A stretch of DNA of 64,000 bases from Candidatus Buchananbacteria bacterium (GTDB lineage: Bacteria > Patescibacteriota > Patescibacteriia > 2-01-FULL-39-33): assembly GCA_903888345.1 (NCBI GenBank), contig CAISTG010000036.1:1988-65987 (forward strand), given 5' to 3'. Each line of letters begins with the position of its first letter. The stretch's first letter is position 1. Below, one piece after another: positions 37,118 through 46,083 of this stretch. The notes below the pieces were generated by a model. The model was given only the letters and a program-made list of their open reading frames with translations. It ran no database searches and was not told where the DNA came from. The position numbers and the translations under genes were made by a program.

Positions 37118-38149
37118 ATGACAGGTGAAAATTGGGAGGAAAAGCATAAGTTTTTATGGGAGGTTTGCGGGCACGAAAAAATCGTTTCCTATTTAAAGTC
37201 GGCTATTGCTACAGACCGGGTTAATCATGCTTATATCTTCGCCGGTCCGAGTGGTTTAGGCAAGGCTACCGTGGCCGATCGCTTTATTAAGACTCTTTAT
37301 TGCCAAGGTCAAGGCGAGTATAAGCCCTGTGGCCAGTGTCCGGCTTGTCGCCAAGTCGAAGCGCATACGCATCCTGATGTTTATCGTGTCGGTCGGGTCA
37401 TTAATGAAAAAACCGGAAAATTTTATCGCGAAATCGTGATCGATCAAATGCGTGACCTAAAAATGAAGTTATCACAGGGCACGTTGCTCTCGTCATGGAA
37501 GATCGCGATTATTGAGGATGCTGATTATTTGAATGTTAATGCCGCCAATTCTTTGTTAAAAGTATTAGAAGAACCGACGCGTAAAACTGTCATTATTTTG
37601 TTGGTTAGTGATTTATCACAAATGCTCAAGACGATTACTTCTCGAGTTCAGGTTTTGAATTTTTTGCCAGTCAGCCACGATGAGATTAAGGATTATTTAT
37701 TGAGCCAAGAAATTAGTAATGATAAGGCGCAACGCATCGCTAATTTATCGTTAGGCAAACCGCGGCTCGCCATTAAGATGATTGAGGATAACGATTATTA
37801 TAATACGGTGACGACGGACATCAAGAGTTTTGGTGAAATTTTTGAACTTGATATGTTCTCACGCTTAAAGAAAATGGATAGCCTGCTGGACTGGGATAAG
37901 GATGAGAGTATAAATATCTCGCGTCTTAATCTACTCTTCGATCATTGGCTGATGGGTTTGCGTGATTTAATAATGCTCAGCACTAATAATTCGCGTTTAA
38001 TGGCGATTGTCGCGGGTGAGCGATCGTTAGCGGCGGGTACGGCCAACCGGTTATTGCGGGTGTATGATTTGATTTCTACAGCTCGTGGTTTATTGGACCG
38101 GAATATTAGCAGTAAAAACGTTTTAGAAAATTTAATTATAAATATATGA
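37118..38149 (+). CDS. holB: DNA polymerase III delta-prime subunit.
   Basis: HAYIFAGPSGLGKAT P-loop. Zinc module C..GQC.AC. SRVQ sensor. Start ambiguous: ATG at 37118, or GTG at 37103 which is preceded by AAGGAGG. Confidence 0.8.
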   Translation: MTGENWEEKHKFLWEVCGHEKIVSYLKSAIATDRVNHAYIFAGPSGLGKATVADRFIKTLYCQGQGEYKPCGQCPACRQVEAHTHPDVYRVGRVINEKTGKFYREIVIDQMRDLKMKLSQGTLLSSWKIAIIEDADYLNVNAANSLLKVLEEPTRKTVIILLVSDLSQMLKTITSRVQVLNFLPVSHDEIKDYLLSQEISNDKAQRIANLSLGKPRLAIKMIEDNDYYNTVTTDIKSFGEIFELDMFSRLKKMDSLLDWDKDESINISRLNLLFDHWLMGLRDLIMLSTNNSRLMAIVAGERSLAAGTANRLLRVYDLISTARGLLDRNISSKNVLENLIINI

Positions 38150-39222
38150 AAGCTACCAAGCTGAAAATTTTAATCTTAGCTGTCCTGGCGCTGGCGGTTT
38201 CTGGTTGTACGCTTTTACCTACCGCGAACACTAGTAAGGTCGCTCCGGCGGATGGCGGGGTGTGGCGCTCTGTTGATGCGGGCGGCACGTTTACTCAGGC
38301 GGGTGACGTTTTGGCAACCAAGGGCAAGGTTTCGACGCTGAATAATTTGAGTATTTTGAAATTAGTGTTTGATCCGAGTGACGCTAATACGATTTATGCT
38401 TTGACAACGGCTTACGGTTTAGTTTATACGCTTGATGGCGGAAATTCTTGGTCTCAATTTAAAGCCCTCAATCAAGGGGCGGTGAGTGGTGTGGCCGTCA
38501 GTTCGGCTAATAAATGCTTGATTGATGTGTTAGCCGGCAATAAATTATATCAAACCGTTAATTGTGGTCGTGATTTCACTAATATTTATTATCATCAAAA
38601 AGCGATAGTTAATTTAACGGCGATTGCCCTTGATCCGAAAACACCGAACATTGTTTATTTGGGAACCAGTGAAGGTGAAATTCTCAAAAGCACTGACGGC
38701 GGTCAGGCGTGGGTGACGGTGATGCGCGAAGCCAATAATTCGATCATGGATATTATTATCGATAACGTTGATCAGCAGGTGGTTTATGTTGGAACATCAA
38801 AGAGCGGCATTTTTAAATCAATTGATGCGGGTAAGACTTGGAATAATTTAGGGGCTGGCTTGGCATCTTATGTCGGCAGTCATGAGTATAAACGGCTCAT
38901 TGCCGATCCAGCGACGCCTAACGGCTTGATTTTTATTTCGAAATTCGGTTTGTTACATACGAGCGATGGTGGCAGCACTTGGCAAGTGGTGGAATTATTA
39001 CCAGACGCGAAAAAATTAGCGATCACTGCGGTTGGTGTCAATCCCAAAAACAGTTTAGAATTTTATTACACAACCGCGACCACTTTAGTGAAGACTACTG
39101 ACGGCGGCCAAAAATGGTCATCGAAAAAATTGCCTTTCAGCACGCGAACAGCCAATGGCATTTTTGTTTCTCCAGCTAATCCGAATATCGTTTTCTTATC
39201 AACTGAATTAATTAAAAAATAA
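38146..39222 (+). CDS. Lipoprotein with BNR/sortilin-type repeats (Ycf48-like beta-propeller).
   Basis: Lipobox LALAVSG|C. Repeated S.DGG..W motifs: LDGGNSW, STDGGQAW, SIDAGKTW, TSDGGSTW and TTDGGQKW. Confidence 0.65.
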   Translation: MKATKLKILILAVLALAVSGCTLLPTANTSKVAPADGGVWRSVDAGGTFTQAGDVLATKGKVSTLNNLSILKLVFDPSDANTIYALTTAYGLVYTLDGGNSWSQFKALNQGAVSGVAVSSANKCLIDVLAGNKLYQTVNCGRDFTNIYYHQKAIVNLTAIALDPKTPNIVYLGTSEGEILKSTDGGQAWVTVMREANNSIMDIIIDNVDQQVVYVGTSKSGIFKSIDAGKTWNNLGAGLASYVGSHEYKRLIADPATPNGLIFISKFGLLHTSDGGSTWQVVELLPDAKKLAITAVGVNPKNSLEFYYTTATTLVKTTDGGQKWSSKKLPFSTRTANGIFVSPANPNIVFLSTELIKK

Positions 39223-39227
39223 AATAT

Positions 39228-39779
39228 ATGAGTATTATCGACAATCACAAGGAGGAATTTAATAAAGTAATTGAACATTTTAAATTAGAAATTGGCACCT
39301 TGAAGACAGGTCGTGCTAATCCTGCCATGCTGGACATGGTCCGAGTGGAAGCTTATGGCGCGATGAGTCCAATCAATCAAGTAGCTTCCGTCACAGTTCA
39401 AGATGCGCGCAGTTTGGTGATTCAACCGTGGGACAAGAGCGTGCTGAAAGATCTAGAAAAGGCGATCGTCGAGGCGAACTTGAACGTTTCTCCAGTCAAT
39501 GATGGTGAACGTATTCGCTTGAATCTGCCAGCCTTAACCGAAGAAACCAGAAAAGAAGTGGTTAAATTATTGAATCAAAAAGCCGAAGAAACAAAAATCG
39601 CTATTCGTTTAGAGCGCGATAAGATTAAGGAAGAAATTATTGAGGCGGAAAAAAATAAAGAGTTTGGCGAAGACGAGAAATTCGGTCAGTTGGAAGCTTT
39701 AGATAAGAAAGTTGGTGAGTTTAACGACAAGATTAAAGAATTGGTGGATAAGAAAGAGGAAGAAATAATGACCGTCTAG
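39228..39779 (+). CDS. frr: Ribosome recycling factor.
   Basis: 183 aa. Matches typical Frr over its full length. Confidence 0.9.
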   Translation: MSIIDNHKEEFNKVIEHFKLEIGTLKTGRANPAMLDMVRVEAYGAMSPINQVASVTVQDARSLVIQPWDKSVLKDLEKAIVEANLNVSPVNDGERIRLNLPALTEETRKEVVKLLNQKAEETKIAIRLERDKIKEEIIEAEKNKEFGEDEKFGQLEALDKKVGEFNDKIKELVDKKEEEIMTV

Positions 39780-40100
39780 GAAATGTTTTTTCCACTTCTT
39801 GTAGCCAAATCGCCTGCTGGCGATATCAGGGTTGGCTATATTCTTTTGGAATCAGCTCCGCTGAAGCTTATTTAACTATCCTTCGCTTCGCTACGGACTG
39901 AATTAGAAGAAGTGGAGTAAGAATCGCGACCTGATGAAAATCATGGCTGAATTTTCAGCTACGCTCACTAAACCAAAAACGCTGTCGCTGTTTTGGTTTG
40001 CCTAATGGCCGTTCGCTCCCACTGAAAATCAGCACAATCCGCCGCGGCGGATTCAAACGGTCGCACCCGGGGCAGGGAAATAAAAAATTTATTTTTAAAT

Positions 40101-41258
40101 ATGTTAATTACTATTGTTTTGTTTTTACTGGTTCTCTCTTTGCTAGTTTTCGTCCATGAGCTGGGCCACTTTTTAACGGCTCGGTTTTTTGGGGTGAAGT
40201 GCGAAGAGTTTGGGATGGGAATTCCGCCACGCGGCGTCGGTTTGCAAAAGCATCAGGGCAAATGGCGGTTGATTTGGGGTAATCGCGAGAATGTTCCCGG
40301 CGAGTCGATCATTTATTCACTTAATTGGATTCCGATTGGTGGGTTTGTTAAGATTAAGGGCGAAAATGGCGAAATGGAAAATGAAACTGATAGTTTTGGT
40401 TACAAACCAGTTTGGCAGCGCAATTTGATTTTAGCAGCTGGCGTAACCATGAATGTTTTATTGACGATCGTTTTATTGATGATTGGTTTTGCAATTGGGA
40501 TGCCTAGTTCGACTTCGAATTTAGAAGGAGGCATTATTGTTTCGAAACAGCAAGTGCAGATCGCTCAAGTAATTGAGAAGTCTCCGGCTCAGGCCGCTGA
40601 TTTACGAGTTGGTGATATCGTTTTGCAGGTTGATGGCCAAGAAATTAATAATAGCGAGCAATTACGAACAATTGTAATTGCCAAAGAAAATCAAGCAGTA
40701 AATTTTGTTATTGAGCGCAGCAACGATCAAATAGAAAAAACAATTACTCCAATTAAGATAGGAGAAAATATTGGAGTTGGCGTGGCGATTGCTGATTTAG
40801 GTACCGTGCGCTATCCGATTCATTTGGCTTTGTGGCAAGCGCTTAAAGCGACTTGGGGCTGGTTTATGATGATGATCTTAGCGATTGTCGCCTTAGTTAA
40901 ACAATTGTTTGGTGGACCAGGTGTAGGCGTGGAATTCGCTGGGCCGGTTGGCATCGCCGTTCTAACGGGTCAAGCGGCTAAATTAGGCTGGGTATATTTA
41001 TTGCAGTTTGCCGCCTTGTTATCACTTAACTTGGCGATCATTAATATCTTGCCGTTTCCCGCACTTGATGGCGGTCGCATTTTATTTTTAACAATCGGCA
41101 AAGTCCGGGGCAAAATGATTAGCTCTAAGTGGGAAAATGCCTCACATAATATCGGCTTTATTCTACTAATGGTATTGATTCTCTTTATCACTTATCGTGA
41201 TTTAGTAAAATACGGCGCGAAGATTTTGTCGGTCTTAATGCGGGCCGTTGGATTATAA
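40101..41258 (+). CDS. rseP: RseP-like site-2 (M50) zinc metalloprotease with a PDZ domain.
   Basis: HELGHF HExxH motif in the first transmembrane helix. PDZ domain. LDGG motif in the C-terminal transmembrane region. Confidence 0.85.
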   Translation: MLITIVLFLLVLSLLVFVHELGHFLTARFFGVKCEEFGMGIPPRGVGLQKHQGKWRLIWGNRENVPGESIIYSLNWIPIGGFVKIKGENGEMENETDSFGYKPVWQRNLILAAGVTMNVLLTIVLLMIGFAIGMPSSTSNLEGGIIVSKQQVQIAQVIEKSPAQAADLRVGDIVLQVDGQEINNSEQLRTIVIAKENQAVNFVIERSNDQIEKTITPIKIGENIGVGVAIADLGTVRYPIHLALWQALKATWGWFMMMILAIVALVKQLFGGPGVGVEFAGPVGIAVLTGQAAKLGWVYLLQFAALLSLNLAIINILPFPALDGGRILFLTIGKVRGKMISSKWENASHNIGFILLMVLILFITYRDLVKYGAKILSVLMRAVGL

Positions 41259-41288
41259 AAAAACCTGACGAGATAACTCGGCAGGTTG
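41256..41288. terminator. Bidirectional hairpin terminator between rseP (+) and the minus-strand cassette e (approximate coordinates).
   Basis: Stem cctgacgag / ctcggcagg flanked by an A-run on one side and a T-run on the other. Confidence 0.45.
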
Positions 41289-41299
41289 AAGGATCAAAA

Positions 41300-41578
41300 T
41301 TAAGCTTTAGAGTCTGGCGTCCGTTCAAAGACGACTAGAACAGATATTGAGGCGGTGGCAGTATCGGGCAAAACAGTAGTGTCATGAATTAGCCAGCCGT
41401 TTTCTTCAGCTTCCGTATTAATATTGTCGTGAATGTTGGTTTTGGTGCCAGTAATTACTTTGGAAAAACGTAACGGAACCAGCTTATTAACCGCCGCTTT
41501 GTTACCCCCGCCCCAATTGCGGTCTCTACTATTAGTGGCAACAGGATGTTTCAACTCAATAAAAGCCGTCTCGGCCAT
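41300..41578 (-). CDS. Hypothetical protein of 92 aa (cassette e, second gene).
   Basis: AAAGGAGAT Shine-Dalgarno site 6 nt upstream of the ATG. Confidence 0.5.
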   Translation of the reverse strand: MAETAFIELKHPVATNSRDRNWGGGNKAAVNKLVPLRFSKVITGTKTNIHDNINTEAEENGWLIHDTTVLPDTATASISVLVVFERTPDSKA

Positions 41579-41602
41579 TGGTATCTCCTTTTGGTAGGGC
41601 TA

Positions 41603-41857
41603 TCAGCCGGTGGGTTCAAGAATGTTGAGAAATTTTTTCAGTTCGTTGAGAAAATCCATCCCCATTTGCCGTATGGCGGAGATAGCGATATTGGGAAACA
41701 TTTCGCGTAGCAGAGAATACATTTCTATTTCCGCTCGGTCTTCGGCATGGTACTGACGTTGCTCAGCATCAGCGGCGATAATCTTTGGTTCGAAATAATC
41801 GCAAATCCTTCTGGCAATCGCAATCTGTTCCCAGCCAATCAGTTGTCTCTCAGCCAT
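41603..41857 (-). CDS. Hypothetical protein of 84 aa (cassette e, first gene).
   Basis: AAGGAGA Shine-Dalgarno site 7 nt upstream. A putative promoter TTGACA-N17-TAAGCT lies about 60 nt upstream on the minus strand, at about 41916-41944. Confidence 0.5.
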   Translation of the reverse strand: MAERQLIGWEQIAIARRICDYFEPKIIAADAEQRQYHAEDRAEIEMYSLLREMFPNIAISAIRQMGMDFLNELKKFLNILEPTG

Positions 41858-41954
41858 GATTCGTCTCCTTGTTGGTTGTTAAAACTTAGTGTAAAGGGCT
41901 TAAACTTAATTACTTAGCTTAGCAGTAAATCAATAAAATGTCAATACGTGACAA

Positions 41955-42075
41955 GTCATTCCGCAACGCAGCAGTGTCATTCCGGACTTGATCCGGAATC
42001 TCGTTTCGACTCAATTCCTCTAGGCTCAGATTCCGGGTCAAGCCCGGAATGACAGCTGAAACGGCTGGAATGACG
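41955..42075. repeat. Palindromic double-hairpin repeat element, copy 2, with extra GTCATTCC / GGAATGAC half-sites.
   Basis: tgtcattccggacttgatccggaatc, a spacer, then gattccgggtcaagcccggaatgaca. Additional copies of gtcattccg and ggaatgacg flank the core. Confidence 0.6.
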
Positions 42076-42112
42076 AGAAGAGTGTATTTAATATTAATTC
42101 TAATTAAATTGT

Positions 42113-42472
42113 ATGAAAATATCAGTCATTAATAATTTAGATCCGGTAATGGTGTTGCGTCGCGCTGGCTATGGCCAAGTAATGGATCGACGAGCAACGG
42201 AAATTAGTTATAATCGCCGGTTAGGTTCTGGCTTTTATCCGCGTTTTCATGCGTATATCAACGGAACGGTCATCAATCTTCATCTAGACCAGAAGCAGGC
42301 AAGCTATGAGGGTTCTAGCGCTCATAGCGGCGAGTATGACGGCGATACGGTGGAGACTGAGGGACAGCGGATTATTGAGTCAATGACGCGGTTAGCTAGT
42401 GAAAATCAGACTGCAGAAAACACTCCGGAACCGACAGAAAAGAGCGGCTTTTGGGGTAGAATGTTCAGCTAG
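42113..42472 (+). CDS. Hypothetical protein of 119 aa.
   Basis: ORF with an acidic, disordered C-terminus. No Shine-Dalgarno site. No homology recognised. Confidence 0.45.
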   Translation: MKISVINNLDPVMVLRRAGYGQVMDRRATEISYNRRLGSGFYPRFHAYINGTVINLHLDQKQASYEGSSAHSGEYDGDTVETEGQRIIESMTRLASENQTAENTPEPTEKSGFWGRMFS

Positions 42473-42529
42473 ACCGGCGCTTTGACATTAATCATTAAAA
42501 AGACTAAAATACCCTCATAAATTCAATCT

Positions 42530-43756
42530 ATGCGCCAATCAAAATTATTCCCTAAAACCATTAAAATCGCCCCTAAAGACGCGACTAGTGCTAGCCATAA
42601 ATATTTGGTTCAAGCCGGTTTTGTCGACATGCTTCAGGCCGGAGCTTATACTTATTTGCCTTTAGCCTGGCGCGTGATTACTAATATTAATAAAATCGTT
42701 CGTGAAGAAATGAACGCCGAAGGCGGACAAGAGTTATTAATGCCAGCTTTGCAATCGAGAAGTATCTGGGACGAGACAGGACGCTGGGACGGATCGCTGA
42801 GCGATGTGATGTATCAGTTTAAGGATGCTAGTGGTAAGGACCTAGGACTCGCCGCTACACACGAAGAAGTGGTTTATGATTTGATGCGCAAGTTTATTAA
42901 TTCGTATAAAGATTTGCCATTAGCAGTATATCAAATTCAGAATAAATTTCGGGCGGAATTACGACCGAAGGGCGGCTTAATGCGCGGTCGGGAGTTTATG
43001 ATGAAAGACTTGTATAGTTTTCATTTGACGCTGGAAGATTTAAATGGCTATTATCAAAAAATGATCGCCGCTTACTTGAGAGTTTATGGCCGTTGTGGCT
43101 TAGACGCTAAAGTAGTAGAAGCTTCTGGTGGTGTCTTCACCGATAATTTTTCGCATGAATTTCAAATAGTCTCGGATGCCGGAGAAGATCGAATTCTGTA
43201 TTGCGACGGTTGCGACTTTGCGCAAAATACTGAAATTTCCAAATTAAAGGCAGGTGATAAATGTCCGAAGTGTGGTTTGCCGATTAAAGAGGGTAAGAGT
43301 ATTGAAGTTGGAAACATTTTTAATTTCGGTGAAAAGTATGCCAAGGACATGAACGGTTATGTTAATGATGCTCAGGGTAACAAACAACCAATCTGGATGG
43401 CATCTTACGGTATTGGCATTTCTCGTTTGGTGGCGACGATCGTCGAGAAGTATCATGATGAGAAGGGAATGATTTGGCCAGAAGCGGTAGCCCCATTTAA
43501 AATTCATTTGATTTCAATTAAGAAGGATGAGGCCGCGGAAAAAATTTATGATCAGTTAGTAGCGGCCGGCGTGGAAGTTTTATTTGATGATCGTGATCTT
43601 TCGGCTGGTGCAAAATTTGCTGATGCTGATTTGATCGGTTTGCCGTGGCGCGTCGTTGTCAGTGAAAAAACTGGTGATCAGGTTGAAGTCAAAAAACGCC
43701 ATCAAACCGAGAGTAGCTTAATAGCGTTAACTGAATTGTTAGATCAATTAAAATAA
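42530..43756 (+). CDS. proS: Proline--tRNA ligase, short bacterial-type form lacking the INS editing domain.
   Basis: Class II motifs and a bacterial-type N-terminus. Only 408 aa. A CDGC...CPKC zinc-ribbon insert sits where the editing domain normally lies. Confidence 0.85.
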   Translation: MRQSKLFPKTIKIAPKDATSASHKYLVQAGFVDMLQAGAYTYLPLAWRVITNINKIVREEMNAEGGQELLMPALQSRSIWDETGRWDGSLSDVMYQFKDASGKDLGLAATHEEVVYDLMRKFINSYKDLPLAVYQIQNKFRAELRPKGGLMRGREFMMKDLYSFHLTLEDLNGYYQKMIAAYLRVYGRCGLDAKVVEASGGVFTDNFSHEFQIVSDAGEDRILYCDGCDFAQNTEISKLKAGDKCPKCGLPIKEGKSIEVGNIFNFGEKYAKDMNGYVNDAQGNKQPIWMASYGIGISRLVATIVEKYHDEKGMIWPEAVAPFKIHLISIKKDEAAEKIYDQLVAAGVEVLFDDRDLSAGAKFADADLIGLPWRVVVSEKTGDQVEVKKRHQTESSLIALTELLDQLK

Positions 43757-43778
43757 AAAACCAGTCGAGTGACTGGTG
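43748..43778 (-). terminator. Hairpin terminator for the minus-strand 43804..44130 gene; also follows proS (approximate coordinates).
   Basis: Stem accagtc / gactggt with a run of 10 A on the + side, which is a T-run on the minus strand. Confidence 0.5.
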
Positions 43779-43803
43779 GTGATTAAGGTGCGTTAGAGTA
43801 ATT

Positions 43804-44130
43804 TTATGCTTCGTCTTCCGGTAGATAGACTTGTCCTTGCTTGCAGAGCGACTGGCCTTGAAAGATCGATTTTTCTTTGTGCCGGAAATAGCCGTCATTG
43901 CAGCCGTTTTGGGCCTTCATCATTCGGCGAAATTTCTTGCTGCGTCGGCTGCGGCTCCAAGGCTTGGTTGATTGCCCATTAAACTTGTGATTTTCGCGAA
44001 CGAGCCTGAAGCTGCCGTCTGGTTGGCTGACTTTTCGGAAGACGCGTTCACCAATAATTACAATTGGAGAGTCGCCATAACCGCGACCGGAGAGGTGGTG
44101 TAGCTTTTTCTTTGTCAACGTTTGAGGCAT
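43804..44130 (-). CDS. Basic hypothetical protein of 108 aa (cassette f).
   Basis: AAGGAGT Shine-Dalgarno site 6 nt upstream. The promoter TTGACA-N17-TAGATT on the minus strand at about 44174-44202 lies within 10 bp of the mreB start codon. Confidence 0.5.
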   Translation of the reverse strand: MPQTLTKKKLHHLSGRGYGDSPIVIIGERVFRKVSQPDGSFRLVRENHKFNGQSTKPWSRSRRSKKFRRMMKAQNGCNDGYFRHKEKSIFQGQSLCKQGQVYLPEDEA

Positions 44131-44210
44131 GCAGTACTCCTTGGTGGTTGAAACAACTAAAATTCGTTATTACAATCTAGCAGATAACTTATATATTGTC
44201 AATAGCTATT

Positions 44211-45251
44211 ATGATTTTCAAAAAATTTTTCGGTAAATTAAATAAGGGCCTGGGTATTGATTTGGGCAGTTGTAATACGCTCGTTTTTCAACGTGATCGC
44301 GGTATTGTGATTAATGAATCGTCGGTGGTGGCGATTAATAATCGTACCGATCAGATTTTGGCAATCGGTGATGAAGCGAGAAGAATGCTGGGCAAGACCC
44401 CGCCGCATATTACAGCGACGAAGCCACTTGAATTCGGAATTATTTCTGATTTTGAGGTCGCCGAAAAAATGATTAAATATTTTACTAATAAAGTTAATAC
44501 CTCTCGCTTTTCTTTTTCAGCGATGCCGCGAATTGTCGTGGGTGTGCCACTGGATGTAACGGCCGTAGAAAAAAAAGCGGTTGAAGATGTTCTCTTAGCT
44601 GCCGGTGCCAGCCAAGTGTATATGGTAGAAAATATTATGGCCACGGCAATTGGCGCACGTATTCCGATTCAGGATCCGACCGGCAATATGGTGGTTAATA
44701 TTGGTGGTGGCTTAACAGAAGTAGCGGTTATTTCCTTAGATGGTATCGTTAACTTTAAATCATCTCGCGTTGCTGGCTTGGCGATGGACCGCGATATTAT
44801 TAATTTTGCGCGTGATGAATTTAGTTTAGTCTTAGGTGAAATGGTAGCGGAAGATATCAAGAAAAAAATCGGCTCCGCAGCGATTCTTAAAGAACAATTA
44901 GAAATGCCGATGCGTGGTCGTGATATTTTATCCGGTTTACCACGAGAAGCGCGGGCCCATGATGGCCAAATTCGCGAAGCAATCTCTAAGTCAGTTTTAA
45001 AAATTCTTGATACCATTAAAGCCACTTTAGAAACGACGCCTCCAGAACTAGTCGCCGATATTTATCAAAAGGGCATATATTTAACTGGCGGATCAGCGCA
45101 GTTGAAAGAGTTGGATGTGTTAATTTCGCGTTCCATTGAGATTCCTGTTCATATTGCCGACGACCCACAGACCTGCGCAGTGCGTGGTATGGGCGTCTTG
45201 CTCGATGACGAGGCCTTATTAAAAGATATTGTTTTGCCGACTTCGCAGTAA
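44211..45251 (+). CDS. mreB: Rod-shape-determining protein MreB, paralog 2, heading a mreBCD-PBP2 operon.
   Basis: GIDLGSCNT phosphate-1 motif and actin-fold motifs. Followed by mreC, mreD and mrdA. The ORF-track start at 44196 is a TTG; the ATG is at 44211. Confidence 0.85.
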   Translation: MIFKKFFGKLNKGLGIDLGSCNTLVFQRDRGIVINESSVVAINNRTDQILAIGDEARRMLGKTPPHITATKPLEFGIISDFEVAEKMIKYFTNKVNTSRFSFSAMPRIVVGVPLDVTAVEKKAVEDVLLAAGASQVYMVENIMATAIGARIPIQDPTGNMVVNIGGGLTEVAVISLDGIVNFKSSRVAGLAMDRDIINFARDEFSLVLGEMVAEDIKKKIGSAAILKEQLEMPMRGRDILSGLPREARAHDGQIREAISKSVLKILDTIKATLETTPPELVADIYQKGIYLTGGSAQLKELDVLISRSIEIPVHIADDPQTCAVRGMGVLLDDEALLKDIVLPTSQ

Positions 45252-45283
45252 GTAAAATATTTTTTAAATTTTAGTATTTATTT

Positions 45284-46081
45284 ATGCTGGAGAAAATTAT
45301 TAAATCAGCAATCTATGGATTAACGGCAATTTTACTTGCCGTCTTTTTTCACTATATCGGTTGGTTAAGGCCGGTAGAAAATATCTTTGTCACGGTGCTG
45401 TCACCGTTGCAGGGTTTGGTCTCGGTTGGCTCCCGGAGCACTGGCGGCTTTTATGACAGTTGGCTGCGCAAGCGCGATCTGTTAGCTGAAAATCAAAAAC
45501 TACAGAACGATTTAATCAAGATGTCGATTGACGCTTCGAAGTTGAAAGCTTTGGAAGAGGAAAATGTTATTCTGCGTAAAGAGTTAAATTTTATTGATGA
45601 GAAAAAATATAAATTCGTGGCCTCCAAGATTATTACTGGTGTTTCTGATCCTTTGTCGCAATCAGTCATTATTAATCGCGGTGCGCGCGATGGTATTGAA
45701 AAGGGTTTAGCGGTAATTGCTGAAGGTGGAGTTTTGGTTGGAAAGGTGATTGAGGTTAATCAGGATTATTCCAAAGTTCTATTGTTGTCGGACAATAAAA
45801 GTCGCGTGGCCGCTACCATTCAGAATCTGGATCATACCGTTGGTTTAGTGGAAGGCCAGTATGGCTTATCCTTTGCCATGACCAACATTCCGCAGAATCA
45901 GGACGTTAAAGAGGGTGATTTAGTGGTCACTTCCGGCCTAGAAGGTAAAATCCCGAAAGATTTATTGATTGCGAAAGTCGAAACCATTAAGGCAGTTGAA
46001 AGTGAAATTTTTAAAACGGCATTACTAACACCGATCGTGGTCTTGGATAATTTAAGTAATGTCATTGTCATAATTCCTTAG
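45284..46081 (+). CDS. mreC: Rod-shape-determining protein MreC.
   Basis: N-terminal transmembrane helix, coiled coil and C-terminal beta domain. Positioned after mreB. Confidence 0.7.
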   Translation: MLEKIIKSAIYGLTAILLAVFFHYIGWLRPVENIFVTVLSPLQGLVSVGSRSTGGFYDSWLRKRDLLAENQKLQNDLIKMSIDASKLKALEEENVILRKELNFIDEKKYKFVASKIITGVSDPLSQSVIINRGARDGIEKGLAVIAEGGVLVGKVIEVNQDYSKVLLLSDNKSRVAATIQNLDHTVGLVEGQYGLSFAMTNIPQNQDVKEGDLVVTSGLEGKIPKDLLIAKVETIKAVESEIFKTALLTPIVVLDNLSNVIVIIP

Positions 46082-46083
46082 TT

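Noticed and set aside
39780-40100. tmRNA hypothesis for the frr-rseP intergenic region. A short frame gct gaa ttt tca gct ... gcc taa could be read as a tag peptide.
   Set aside because: There is no GGGG...acceptor 5' end, no GGTTCGAnTCC T-loop and no CCA-proximal 3' end. The candidate tag is hydrophobic and lacks a terminal LAA/ALAA. I keep it only as an unassigned structured region.
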